IMG/VR virus record: IMGVR_UViG_3300042338_000270
Coordinates: 1 to 34,292 of that record
DNA length: 34,292 nt
Direction: 5' to 3' (one strand)
Source of the DNA: a virus
Taxonomy: Duplodnaviria > Caudoviricetes
Both the position numbers and the translations under genes were made by a program. The notes below the pieces were generated by a model. It worked only from the letters and a program-made list of their open reading frames with translations. It was not told where the DNA came from and did not search any database. Numbering within the stretch: position 1 is the stretch's first letter; every line of letters begins with the position of its first letter. Below are positions 25,323 to 33,182 of this stretch, in pieces.

Positions 25323-25654
25323 AAATTATCTACGAATGTTTGAGGGTCAATAAAGTTTTCTTCTGTTACCGTTTCGCTGTATGCCTTTATCGCATCCCAT
25401 CCATTCCACCAATAGTTTATAATCAAAATCGCTTCATCAAAATATTCGTTTTCGCTGTCGGCTAAAACTGCGTTCAATTCCCATTCCGCTACATAATCCG
25501 CATTAAATAACCTACGTTTAAATTCCGCTTCGTGAAGCGCATTGATTTCAGCAATGTGTGCTTCTTTATTCCAAGCATTTGCTTTGGCTTTTAATTCGGT
25601 TAATTCCGCCTCGCTAATTTCTCTTTTGCCGTTTGCATCAATTATCCAAGTCAT
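25319..25654 (-). CDS. Hypothetical protein, possible fibre assembly chaperone
   Basis: 111 aa, acidic, coupled to fibre gene. Confidence 0.45.
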   Translation of the reverse strand: MTWIIDANGKREISEAELTELKAKANAWNKEAHIAEINALHEAEFKRRLFNADYVAEWELNAVLADSENEYFDEAILIINYWWNGWDAIKAYSETVTEENFIDPQTFVDNL

Positions 25655-27618
25655 AAATAAAGTTCGGTTTTATGTAGTGTAGTTACATCTGCATTATTGC
25701 TAGCGGGTTGTCCTGTTATAATTAGCCATTTATCGGTAGTCCAATCAATGTTATTATTCAAAACGCTATTTGATCCTGCATTAATATAGTCTGTATGCGC
25801 TGTCGAGCTTAGGTTAGTTGATAGTGTGCTAGTAGCTGTATCAATGTGTATTGCTCTGCGCTCAAATGGATACCACAACACACCAGCAGCCGCAGGAATT
25901 AACGTAGCTATTAGTGTACCACTTGTAACAGGTGATGGAGTTGCACTTGTGGCTATCCTTGCTCTTAATGTAGTAAAGTTAGCCGTTCCCGTTTTTGTAG
26001 CTAAGCAAGAAAACTTAATATCACGACCTACCCCAAAAGTATTTGCAGGAATTAGCAATGCGTGGAGTATAGTTTCTGCCGTTGTAGCTGTTAGTGCTAC
26101 GTTATTGTAATTTGATGCAATTAATCTAGTAGTTGTTGCTAGTGCTGTATTAATGTAAGGCGCATTGTAGTAGTGGTTTGCGTCTGTACTTACTGCGCTT
26201 TGTTTGTTCGCTACGTTTTCGGGAGTGAAACCCAAAGCCGTTGCGATTGTTTTATTCTTCCATAGTTGTGTTGAACTTTCATAAATCAAAGCATCATTAT
26301 TCGCTAAAGTTCCAGTGTTGATGTAAACATTATGCAACTCATCCAACTCCCAACCGTTCATAATCTTCACATAAATCTTTCCGTTGTTAGCGTGTGCATA
26401 TTCCACGTAACCAAGAATGACTATATGCCCTGTCGCTCCTGTTGGCTTTACGTTTGTCATTCGCCCTGCTACCGTTGGACTTAAATAAAGTACATTTCCA
26501 TCTGCCCACGTTTCGCCCTGCAAACTTCCAGTCGTGTTTATACCTTCTAATTGCCCAACGGTCATAATAAACCCTTCTTGATTTGCTGCTATTGTTTCGG
26601 TTACAACTCCGAGCGTATCTGCGCTGTTGTTATCGTTGTTCGCTTGTGCTAAATCAACCGCTAGTCTTTGACCTTGCGCTCCCGATATTTTTACCACTTG
26701 ATAAGCGGCTTTAGTTAGTGTAGTGTTCGGTGAAACTTTATTGACCACCCTAGCTACTAAGTCAACGCCATTCTTCAAAGTTACTGAACCGCCTTTTAGA
26801 AGCGTTTGCGAACTTCCTAAAGTGTTATTCCATTCTGTCATCCCAACGGCTAATGTTCCATTCGGACTTACATTTAACGCTATTTGGTCTGCAATTAAAT
26901 TGTAAGTACCTAAATCAACATTCTGTGTTGCTCCTGTGTATGGCACTAATCCGCTTATTGATGGTATAGTAGGCTTGTTTAATATTTGTTGTGAGCCGCT
27001 TGAAGCATTCCAATCTGCATTTGCTACAATTACCCAAACTGCCGCACTTGCTGTTTCGTCACTACAAACATAAACATCACCGTTATCTAAAATCCATCTT
27101 GACCCAATAACAAATCCTTTAGTTATGTCATCGTTAACCGTTGGTGTAGCTGTGAAGTTATGGCTCACTTCTCGAATGGTGAAACCATCTTGTTGCATGG
27201 TGTATAAACGCCCTGCTTCCCACTTCAATTCATAATCTAATGAACAAACTAGCGCAACTCCTTTTGCGCCACCGTTACCTGCATCCGTTACGCCCTTTCT
27301 TACTCGAGAACCGTTATCAAAATAAATCGCATCGCCATCGCTGACAAATATATCTTCACCGTCTGTAGTATTGCCCTCGACTAAAACTTCGTTTAGCGTT
27401 TGATTTCCACCGCCACCGCCTTGCACCTGCACCCAATCGCCCTGCTCGTTTAGAAAGTAATCATCTTCGCCACTTGGTGAGATACCTAAACAATCTTGTA
27501 CTTCTTCGCAAATATTACTAGGTAATTGAGTGGCTGGGAACGTCAAAACAAGCGAAACGCTTTTTGTTTCCGCTTGGATAGTTGTTGCGCTAAAGGTGCA
27601 AACTATGTCAATTATCAT
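25651..27618 (-). CDS. Tail fibre / receptor-binding-like protein
   Basis: 655 aa mosaic; QTLNEVL, ADWNASSG...ILNKPTIP, VPYTGATQNVDLG, ELDELHNV...WKN, LGFTPEN fibre motifs. Confidence 0.72.
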   Translation of the reverse strand: MIIDIVCTFSATTIQAETKSVSLVLTFPATQLPSNICEEVQDCLGISPSGEDDYFLNEQGDWVQVQGGGGGNQTLNEVLVEGNTTDGEDIFVSDGDAIYFDNGSRVRKGVTDAGNGGAKGVALVCSLDYELKWEAGRLYTMQQDGFTIREVSHNFTATPTVNDDITKGFVIGSRWILDNGDVYVCSDETASAAVWVIVANADWNASSGSQQILNKPTIPSISGLVPYTGATQNVDLGTYNLIADQIALNVSPNGTLAVGMTEWNNTLGSSQTLLKGGSVTLKNGVDLVARVVNKVSPNTTLTKAAYQVVKISGAQGQRLAVDLAQANNDNNSADTLGVVTETIAANQEGFIMTVGQLEGINTTGSLQGETWADGNVLYLSPTVAGRMTNVKPTGATGHIVILGYVEYAHANNGKIYVKIMNGWELDELHNVYINTGTLANNDALIYESSTQLWKNKTIATALGFTPENVANKQSAVSTDANHYYNAPYINTALATTTRLIASNYNNVALTATTAETILHALLIPANTFGVGRDIKFSCLATKTGTANFTTLRARIATSATPSPVTSGTLIATLIPAAAGVLWYPFERRAIHIDTATSTLSTNLSSTAHTDYINAGSNSVLNNNIDWTTDKWLIITGQPASNNADVTTLHKTELYL

Positions 27619-27967
27619 TGCTAACCGAATTTATTACATCACATAAAACAATGTCGGTTATCTTGTTTACTTTGAACCCTGCGTCAAAGTCAGCATCATC
27701 TACTTTCGCCACTACTTCTGCATAAACACGCCCTGCTATAAAATTAGAACTTGCACCCAAAACAATCGCTTTGACCTTACCCAACAAACTGCTCACCACT
27801 TCCATCTCGGCAAGTGCTATTTCAACAAGTATGTTTTCACGTCTTTGGTATAGGTACAAAATAACGTCTTCGCAGTTACTTATTTGGATAGGGTCGCCAT
27901 CCTCACCAACTAACTGAATGTTGATGGTCAAGTCTTCACCTTGCACTAATTGTTTTACTGCTCCCAT
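27608..27967 (-). CDS. Virion structural protein (BppU N-terminal-like)
   Basis: LVQGEDLTINIQL; beta-rich; precedes fibre. Confidence 0.45.
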   Translation of the reverse strand: MGAVKQLVQGEDLTINIQLVGEDGDPIQISNCEDVILYLYQRRENILVEIALAEMEVVSSLLGKVKAIVLGASSNFIAGRVYAEVVAKVDDADFDAGFKVNKITDIVLCDVINSVSNDN

Positions 27968-28644
27968 ATTATGCGTCTGTTGTTTTCGTCAAAGTAATAT
28001 TTTCTATTTTTCACCCCTGCGCCAATAATACTGAACGGCAATTTGGTTTTCACTTGTTTGCAAAGTGTATCACGCTCGTAAACTACTCCATCAAGTGTCC
28101 AATTAACATCGTTTAAATAGTTAATCATTTCGTTTGCGTAGGCTGATGTCTGACCTGCTATTGAATTAAGCAACTCCGCACGTCTTTTATCGCTTACTTG
28201 ACCGAACCCCTCTTGTTGAAACTGCTCTAATCCCCATTGTGTACCATGCAAACCTAAATAAGGCATATATCGCTTCATGGTGCAACCTGCTAACCAACGC
28301 TTCACAAATACATTGTAGAAGTTCATTAACTCATAATCGCCCCAATCTGCGCTTGGTGGTGCTTCATTTACTGCGATGGCATCTAATGCGATGTAATAAA
28401 CGCCATTGTAGAATACTTTGTCACCCTCAACATACGTTCTATTGGTTCTATATTGCTGTGGGTTCGCTAGTATAGCGTTATTAATATCTTCAATTAATTC
28501 TTTTGGTAGTTCGTTCTTAACGTCCAACGTCTGCGCTAATATCACTTGTTGCTCTATCTGTGCTGTTGGTGTATTCGGACTTAACACCGCAAAGAACGGT
28601 GTAATATCCACTACGCTAATCCATGCTTTATTATTCGGAAACAT
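27955..28644 (-). CDS. Head-tail adaptor-like protein with CBM5/12-like insertion
   Basis: Follows portal; AQTLDV...YANEMINYL scaffold; insert YVEGDKVFYNGVYYIA...PPSADW. Confidence 0.55.
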   Translation of the reverse strand: MFPNNKAWISVVDITPFFAVLSPNTPTAQIEQQVILAQTLDVKNELPKELIEDINNAILANPQQYRTNRTYVEGDKVFYNGVYYIALDAIAVNEAPPSADWGDYELMNFYNVFVKRWLAGCTMKRYMPYLGLHGTQWGLEQFQQEGFGQVSDKRRAELLNSIAGQTSAYANEMINYLNDVNWTLDGVVYERDTLCKQVKTKLPFSIIGAGVKNRKYYFDENNRRIIWEQ

Positions 28645-29767
28645 TTGGCATATTTATTTGAGTGTTAACAATACCATACTCGCTCAAAGTCCAATCAATA
28701 CTACTGCCGTACATTGTAGCCATAGTTTCTTGAATTAACCCCTGCACTGGTTTAACGGCTTCTCTCAATTCTTTTCTCGCTTGTTCGATTGCGTTTGTGT
28801 TGCCTAAAACTGCTGCTTCGCTGTAACCTAGTAACACTGGATGAACGCCAAATAAACGGCAAATAGAACGCTCAATTATATCACGCTTAGTGTTTGATGC
28901 TTCTAGTATTGGTTTAGGGTCTGTTGCTGTGTACGTTGGTGCTTGTTCCGGTGTTTCAACAAAGTGTGCCAATACTCCGAAACGTGAAGTCAATCCATCT
29001 TTATTTTTCTGTAAGCCTGTGAACTGCGTCATTGCTTCTTCCACACGCTGACGGTCTGTTAATCCATCTTCGCCTTCCGTTGTTTCATTTACTCCGCTAA
29101 ACGTCATGATGCCACCCAAAACAAAGCCATTCAATACGGCTTCATAATCCATCTTTGATAACTCACTTGATGTTTTCAAATCTTCAAATGCGGATAAATA
29201 ATCGGGAAGTCCATAATGCCCACTATCAAAAGGATTGCCATTGTAAACATATAAGATTTCGCCACGTCCTCCGAAATGTTTGACATTTATATCCATCGCC
29301 TCAAATGAAGCTACTTCGCCCTGAAAGTCTTGCAACTCAACCCACGCATCTCGTCTGTATTTATCCGTTTGTATTGTCGGGTTATAAAACCAAGTGCCAT
29401 TTATTCCACGTCTAAATTTCTGCAACGGCATTACTTCCGATTTCCCTACTCGACCGTTTCCAAGTCTTGAAACATGGATAACAACCGCATTAAAATACGA
29501 CCATGAAGTCGCAAATATTCCTACAAACTTATCTGCTGTTTGCTTTGAGTTTACTTTGAAACCAGATGCAACTGGCGAAACAAATCCATCCGCTTGAATA
29601 TACTCCGCATATTTCTTTGCGGCTTTCTTAGCCACGCCACTATTGTTAATCGCCTCGATTAATTCTAAAGGCAAGTTATCATTCCATCCATAACGAAAAT
29701 ATCCATCACCCTTTTTTTCAGTAGTGACTGGCAATATGTTTTTGAATGTTCGTGTATGTTTGCTCAT
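28631..29767 (-). CDS. Portal protein
   Basis: 378 aa; YGWNDNLP, YGLPDY, ICRLFGVHPVLLG, LGNTNAI motifs. Confidence 0.8.
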   Translation of the reverse strand: MSKHTRTFKNILPVTTEKKGDGYFRYGWNDNLPLELIEAINNSGVAKKAAKKYAEYIQADGFVSPVASGFKVNSKQTADKFVGIFATSWSYFNAVVIHVSRLGNGRVGKSEVMPLQKFRRGINGTWFYNPTIQTDKYRRDAWVELQDFQGEVASFEAMDINVKHFGGRGEILYVYNGNPFDSGHYGLPDYLSAFEDLKTSSELSKMDYEAVLNGFVLGGIMTFSGVNETTEGEDGLTDRQRVEEAMTQFTGLQKNKDGLTSRFGVLAHFVETPEQAPTYTATDPKPILEASNTKRDIIERSICRLFGVHPVLLGYSEAAVLGNTNAIEQARKELREAVKPVQGLIQETMATMYGSSIDWTLSEYGIVNTQINMPNVSE

Positions 29768-30411
29768 TGTATGCCTTTATAATTAACCTCGATTTCTTTG
29801 ATAGTGCTAAACCCTTTTGGATGTATCACTAAGCGTTCGTTTGGCTTAATGCAAAGGTGCGATTTTTGGTAGTCAATATAATGACCGTCCACTATTTTTT
29901 TAGGACACGAAAGCAATTCAATTAGATTATTGTACGCTCTCTTGTGTACGATGTACGCAAACGCTCCCCACGTTTGGTTCTGCTGTGTAAAGTATTGATT
30001 AAAATAAAAAGGGTTACGCCCAAACGAACCGCCCAAATAAAGTATATGCCAATCTTTTGGTAACTGGTTTAAATACTTTTCAAACTTAGGCTTAAAATCT
30101 TTTACGAAAGTTATGTCATCCTCGAAAATAGCAATGCACTCATAGCCTCTTTCTTTAGCTAGTTTAATAGCGTTCAAGTGGCTTTGAATGCAAGCGTATT
30201 CATTGTTGGTTACACCTGCAATCGGTGAAACTAATTCTTTACCGTCAACGGCAATTAGTCTTTGGACTTGAAGGGTCTTCCCCTTTTCTTTGGCTGTGGA
30301 GTAGAAACATCCTCGAGCCTCTTGTTTGGCACTAGTGGTAAATCGCTCTCGTCTGTCGGCACTTCGTTCAAGATTGATAAAGATACCGGGAACTGGGATG
30401 TTGATAGGCTT
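29764..30411 (-). CDS. GT25-family glycosyltransferase, reached via -1 shift at A9 (30410-30418) from gene 30255-30590
   Basis: Frame reads GIFINLERSADRRERF...RLIAVDG...ACIQSH...IFEDD...LYLGG...GAFAYIV; no ATG upstream of the INL motif. Confidence 0.82.
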   Translation of the reverse strand, partial: KPINIPVPGIFINLERSADRRERFTTSAKQEARGCFYSTAKEKGKTLQVQRLIAVDGKELVSPIAGVTNNEYACIQSHLNAIKLAKERGYECIAIFEDDITFVKDFKPKFEKYLNQLPKDWHILYLGGSFGRNPFYFNQYFTQQNQTWGAFAYIVHKRAYNNLIELLSCPKKIVDGHYIDYQKSHLCIKPNERLVIHPKGFSTIKEIEVNYKGIQ

Positions 30412-30590
30412 TTTTTTTGACCTTTTTCTTCGCCCATGATGTCAAAGCAATGTGACTTGCCAAACTTACAGCATAAGTTGTAAAGTTCTTCACTGATTTG
30501 CGTTTCTTTAGTGATAGAAACAATTTGCGTTCCTGCTCGGAATACGATAGAGCCAACGTCTTTTTTGAGTTTAAATTTTTGAGGTATCAT
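30255..30590 (-). CDS. Small protein with C-terminal AT-hook-like KKRGRP; N-terminal 60 aa shared with GT25 fusion
   Basis: ATG with A-rich leader; PKKRGRPFK C-terminus. Confidence 0.65.
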   Translation of the reverse strand: MIPQKFKLKKDVGSIVFRAGTQIVSITKETQISEELYNLCCKFGKSHCFDIMGEEKGQKKSLSTSQFPVSLSILNEVPTDESDLPLVPNKRLEDVSTPQPKKRGRPFKSKD

Positions 30591-30606
30591 ATTTGGGTTT
30601 AATTGT

Positions 30607-31215
30607 TTACAAATCTACTTTAATTAATTCCACACCGCAAATCTCGCCACGTTTAACTATCTTATAACGTAGGCTATTTAAGCCGTCAAACGCCCATGTG
30701 TGCTGTGTTCTATTCAATCGCTCTTTATTCGCTTTGTATTCGCTTGTAATGGGTTGCTTTTCGTGTTTCAAAGACTTGTATCTGTGTAACTCGAATTTAG
30801 TACGGATGTTGTTTAGCTTTGTTCGGGTGAATAGGTCATCATCTTCGCCACCCCATCCCCAATAATTATTTGAAAATCCATTGCAAGTTAGAAACGCCTC
30901 TTCTGTAAATGCCGTTACGCCACCAAAACAAGTATCATACGGAACTTTGTAATTGAACTGCTCACATAAACCGCTAAAGTGAACCGCACCATCAATAGGC
31001 TGGTTGTAATGCGCTAGGCTTTCGGATAACAAATCAACATCATGGAAGCAAACCACATCATCAGTACACTCATTAAAGCCTATATTCAGCAACTTACCAC
31101 GATTAAATAACTCGTTATTCGCTTGTTCGACTACTAAAATATCAAACCCTTTGTAGTGTTCTACAAATTGTTTAAGGTGGTCAAGTCTGTTTCGGTATGG
31201 TACTATTAGCTTCAT
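30607..31215 (-). CDS. GT7-family (beta-1,4-galactosyltransferase-like) glycosyltransferase
   Basis: IVPYRNR, FNRGKLLNIGF, FHDVD, FGGV, NGFSNNYWGWGGEDDD. Confidence 0.92.
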   Translation of the reverse strand: MKLIVPYRNRLDHLKQFVEHYKGFDILVVEQANNELFNRGKLLNIGFNECTDDVVCFHDVDLLSESLAHYNQPIDGAVHFSGLCEQFNYKVPYDTCFGGVTAFTEEAFLTCNGFSNNYWGWGGEDDDLFTRTKLNNIRTKFELHRYKSLKHEKQPITSEYKANKERLNRTQHTWAFDGLNSLRYKIVKRGEICGVELIKVDL

Positions 31216-31853
31216 TGATTTCGGTTAATTATTGCCCACTCTAGGCACTTATCAATTCGCTCGGTCTGCTTCACGTCCTTACCATACTCACGGCTGTACC
31301 ATGAATGGATGCCAATCGGTTTGTCATTGATGTTTATCACGGTGCTAATCCCATCTGTTGAAGTTATCTTGGTGAAGTTAGCGTGTTTGAAGTTCAAATG
31401 TAGCCAATAAAATAACCCTGCAAACGGCTCATCTACATTGCCATTCTTTTCGCATTGGTTAGCGTAGTCATAAACTTTTGACTGGTCAAATTTTGGCAAC
31501 TTAGTTTTAATCATGTCTACGTTAAATACATTAAAGAACGGATTGACGTGGAAAAAAGATTTGTCACGGTGCGATATAATTCCTTTATCAGGCACACCAC
31601 AATAAGCAAAGTCATTCTTAATCATGTCAGCAATTACTTGGTCTACTAAATCCTCATTGGTCACAAAAAAATCTTCGTCAGCGTTTACGATTATGCCGTT
31701 GTAATTCTCGAGAATGTGAATGAGATAAGTCAGCGCACCATGAAAGCCTGTAAATTGTTGCAACCTTACGAATGTATTATCGTCACGCCACAATGATTTT
31801 GCAAGGCTGTAAAGTTTATCGTTTGCGCTTCGGGTTATAATTGTTTTCTTCAT
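31212..31853 (-). CDS. Putative GT-A fold glycosyltransferase
   Basis: IVNADEDFF (DxD), NPFFNVFN, HSWYSR; within GT cluster. Confidence 0.55.
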   Translation of the reverse strand: MKKTIITRSANDKLYSLAKSLWRDDNTFVRLQQFTGFHGALTYLIHILENYNGIIVNADEDFFVTNEDLVDQVIADMIKNDFAYCGVPDKGIISHRDKSFFHVNPFFNVFNVDMIKTKLPKFDQSKVYDYANQCEKNGNVDEPFAGLFYWLHLNFKHANFTKITSTDGISTVININDKPIGIHSWYSREYGKDVKQTERIDKCLEWAIINRNQ

Positions 31854-32131
31854 GCAAATATCTGTTTTACTTCATTACTAAATAGTTTTACGCTATGCTC
31901 TAATTGCGTTACTCCATGCCCATCTTTCTTATTGCAAAAGCTATCAAAGTCACAACCGATGTACTCCATGTCTTTAAAATACCAAACGAACGCCACGCCA
32001 TTGAAAACTTTATCCGCTTTCATTCGCTCAAAGCGTTTATCCGTAGCCTCGTAAATACTAGGAAAATGTTTAAGTGTGGCTAACCTTGTCAAACTTAAAA
32101 GCCAATGTCTATACTTTTCGATTTCGCTCAT
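31850..32131 (-). CDS. Hypothetical protein
   Basis: 93 aa, ATGA-coupled on both sides. Confidence 0.6.
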   Translation of the reverse strand: MSEIEKYRHWLLSLTRLATLKHFPSIYEATDKRFERMKADKVFNGVAFVWYFKDMEYIGCDFDSFCNKKDGHGVTQLEHSVKLFSNEVKQIFA

Positions 32132-32469
32132 ATCAGTTTTTTGTAAATGTCAATCCGACCTTTAATAAATTCGCACAATTCATATTTCTCCTGCGCCTTA
32201 AATTCAATTAGTGCTTTTGTCAAAGCATATTTATTAACCTTTAAAATCTCGGCATCACTACTATTGTACTTCGCTATGTTAGTCGTGTAATATTTGCGCA
32301 TGGAAACCATTGCATCAACCAAACATGAACTGCAATTCCCTTTTAATTTCTTATTGAAAATTAGTGTGTAGTAGTAACGGATAGTAACTCCGCTCACATT
32401 GTTTACGCTACCTTTTGAGATTACATTCTCGTTTAACTCATTTAAAAAAGATAGGCTCCTCACTTCCAT
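32128..32469 (-). CDS. Hypothetical protein with CxxC and UVR-like C-terminal hairpin
   Basis: CSSC; ALIEFKAQEKYELCEFIKGRI. Confidence 0.6.
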   Translation of the reverse strand: MEVRSLSFLNELNENVISKGSVNNVSGVTIRYYYTLIFNKKLKGNCSSCLVDAMVSMRKYYTTNIAKYNSSDAEILKVNKYALTKALIEFKAQEKYELCEFIKGRIDIYKKLI

Positions 32470-32473
32470 TGTA

Positions 32474-32481
32474 CAAATATA
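32474..32481 (-). promoter_or_regulatory. -7 promoter element of GT/portal operon (leaderless spacing)
   Basis: TATATTTG-TACA-ATG. Confidence 0.7.
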
Positions 32482-32494
32482 GACAAACGTATTT

Positions 32495-32523
32495 AAAAAA
32501 CAATAGCCACTCGAAAGTGGCTA
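32495..32523 (-). terminator. Intrinsic terminator after tail tube gene
   Basis: TAGCCAC-tttcga-GTGGCTA-TTGTTTTTT. Confidence 0.75.
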
Positions 32524-32553
32524 AAGTTTATGCAACTAAGGGAGCGAGAAGAA

Positions 32554-33129
32554 TTAAACTACTGCTTTGGAAATGTTATCCAAGTAAGCGATTGACGTAG
32601 CCAATGAACCTCCATTTAAGAAGTATTTAGGCAAGTAGCGTTGTTCGCCACTCAAAGTCAATAACATTCCTGTGTCATCTTGTAAAGCCGTTCCAGTACC
32701 ACCTGCGAATGCCGATGCTTTCAATCCTTTGTCCAATCCGTAAACTTCAACTTGGTCGTTTTCGTTTTGGAAAATAACAATCAAATCTTTGGCTTTGAAC
32801 AATGTTTCAACTGCTTCACGTTCAGCAGGTGTAGCTGTGAAAATTTTAATCGCTGCGCTGTGATTGAAAGTGTTGGTATTGTCACCAATCACACCCTCAA
32901 TAACACCGTTGTGAGTGTAGTCTTTGCCTGTAACCGTAATCAACTTATAAGCATCGCTCGAATTGTCAACGCCCATTGTAATGGTGTTAACGTATCCGTT
33001 AGCGTCAGTTGTAGTGCTTACGACTTGGCTCTTTTGCGTTACCCAAACTCTGCGGTTAACACCGCCAACTTGGTTTTCTTTTTCGCATCCTTGTCCGATG
33101 CTTTCTAATATGTCTATGCAATCTGCCAT
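32554..33129 (-). CDS. Major tail tube protein (putative)
   Basis: 191 aa; GGVNRRVWV, VYGLDKGL, GTALQDDTGMLLTLSG; co-transcribed with capsid. Confidence 0.62.
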   Translation of the reverse strand: MADCIDILESIGQGCEKENQVGGVNRRVWVTQKSQVVSTTTDANGYVNTITMGVDNSSDAYKLITVTGKDYTHNGVIEGVIGDNTNTFNHSAAIKIFTATPAEREAVETLFKAKDLIVIFQNENDQVEVYGLDKGLKASAFAGGTGTALQDDTGMLLTLSGEQRYLPKYFLNGGSLATSIAYLDNISKAVV

Positions 33130-33150
33130 TTTATGTTTTATTTAAGATAT

Positions 33151-33174
33151 TAAAAGGGGGATTTGCACCCCCTT
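33151..33174 (-). terminator. Hairpin (weak terminator or stabiliser) after capsid gene
   Basis: AAGGGGG-tgcaaat-CCCCCTT-TT. Confidence 0.55.
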
Positions 33175-33182
33175 AATTTTTT

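Noticed and set aside
30368-30556. 62-aa third-frame ORF over the GT25 slippery site
   Set aside because: Nested in the 111-aa gene with no motif or start context.
33154-33174. UGCA in the post-capsid hairpin loop as a trans partner for the kissing-loop leaders
   Set aside because: Only 4-5 bp of complementarity, likely chance.
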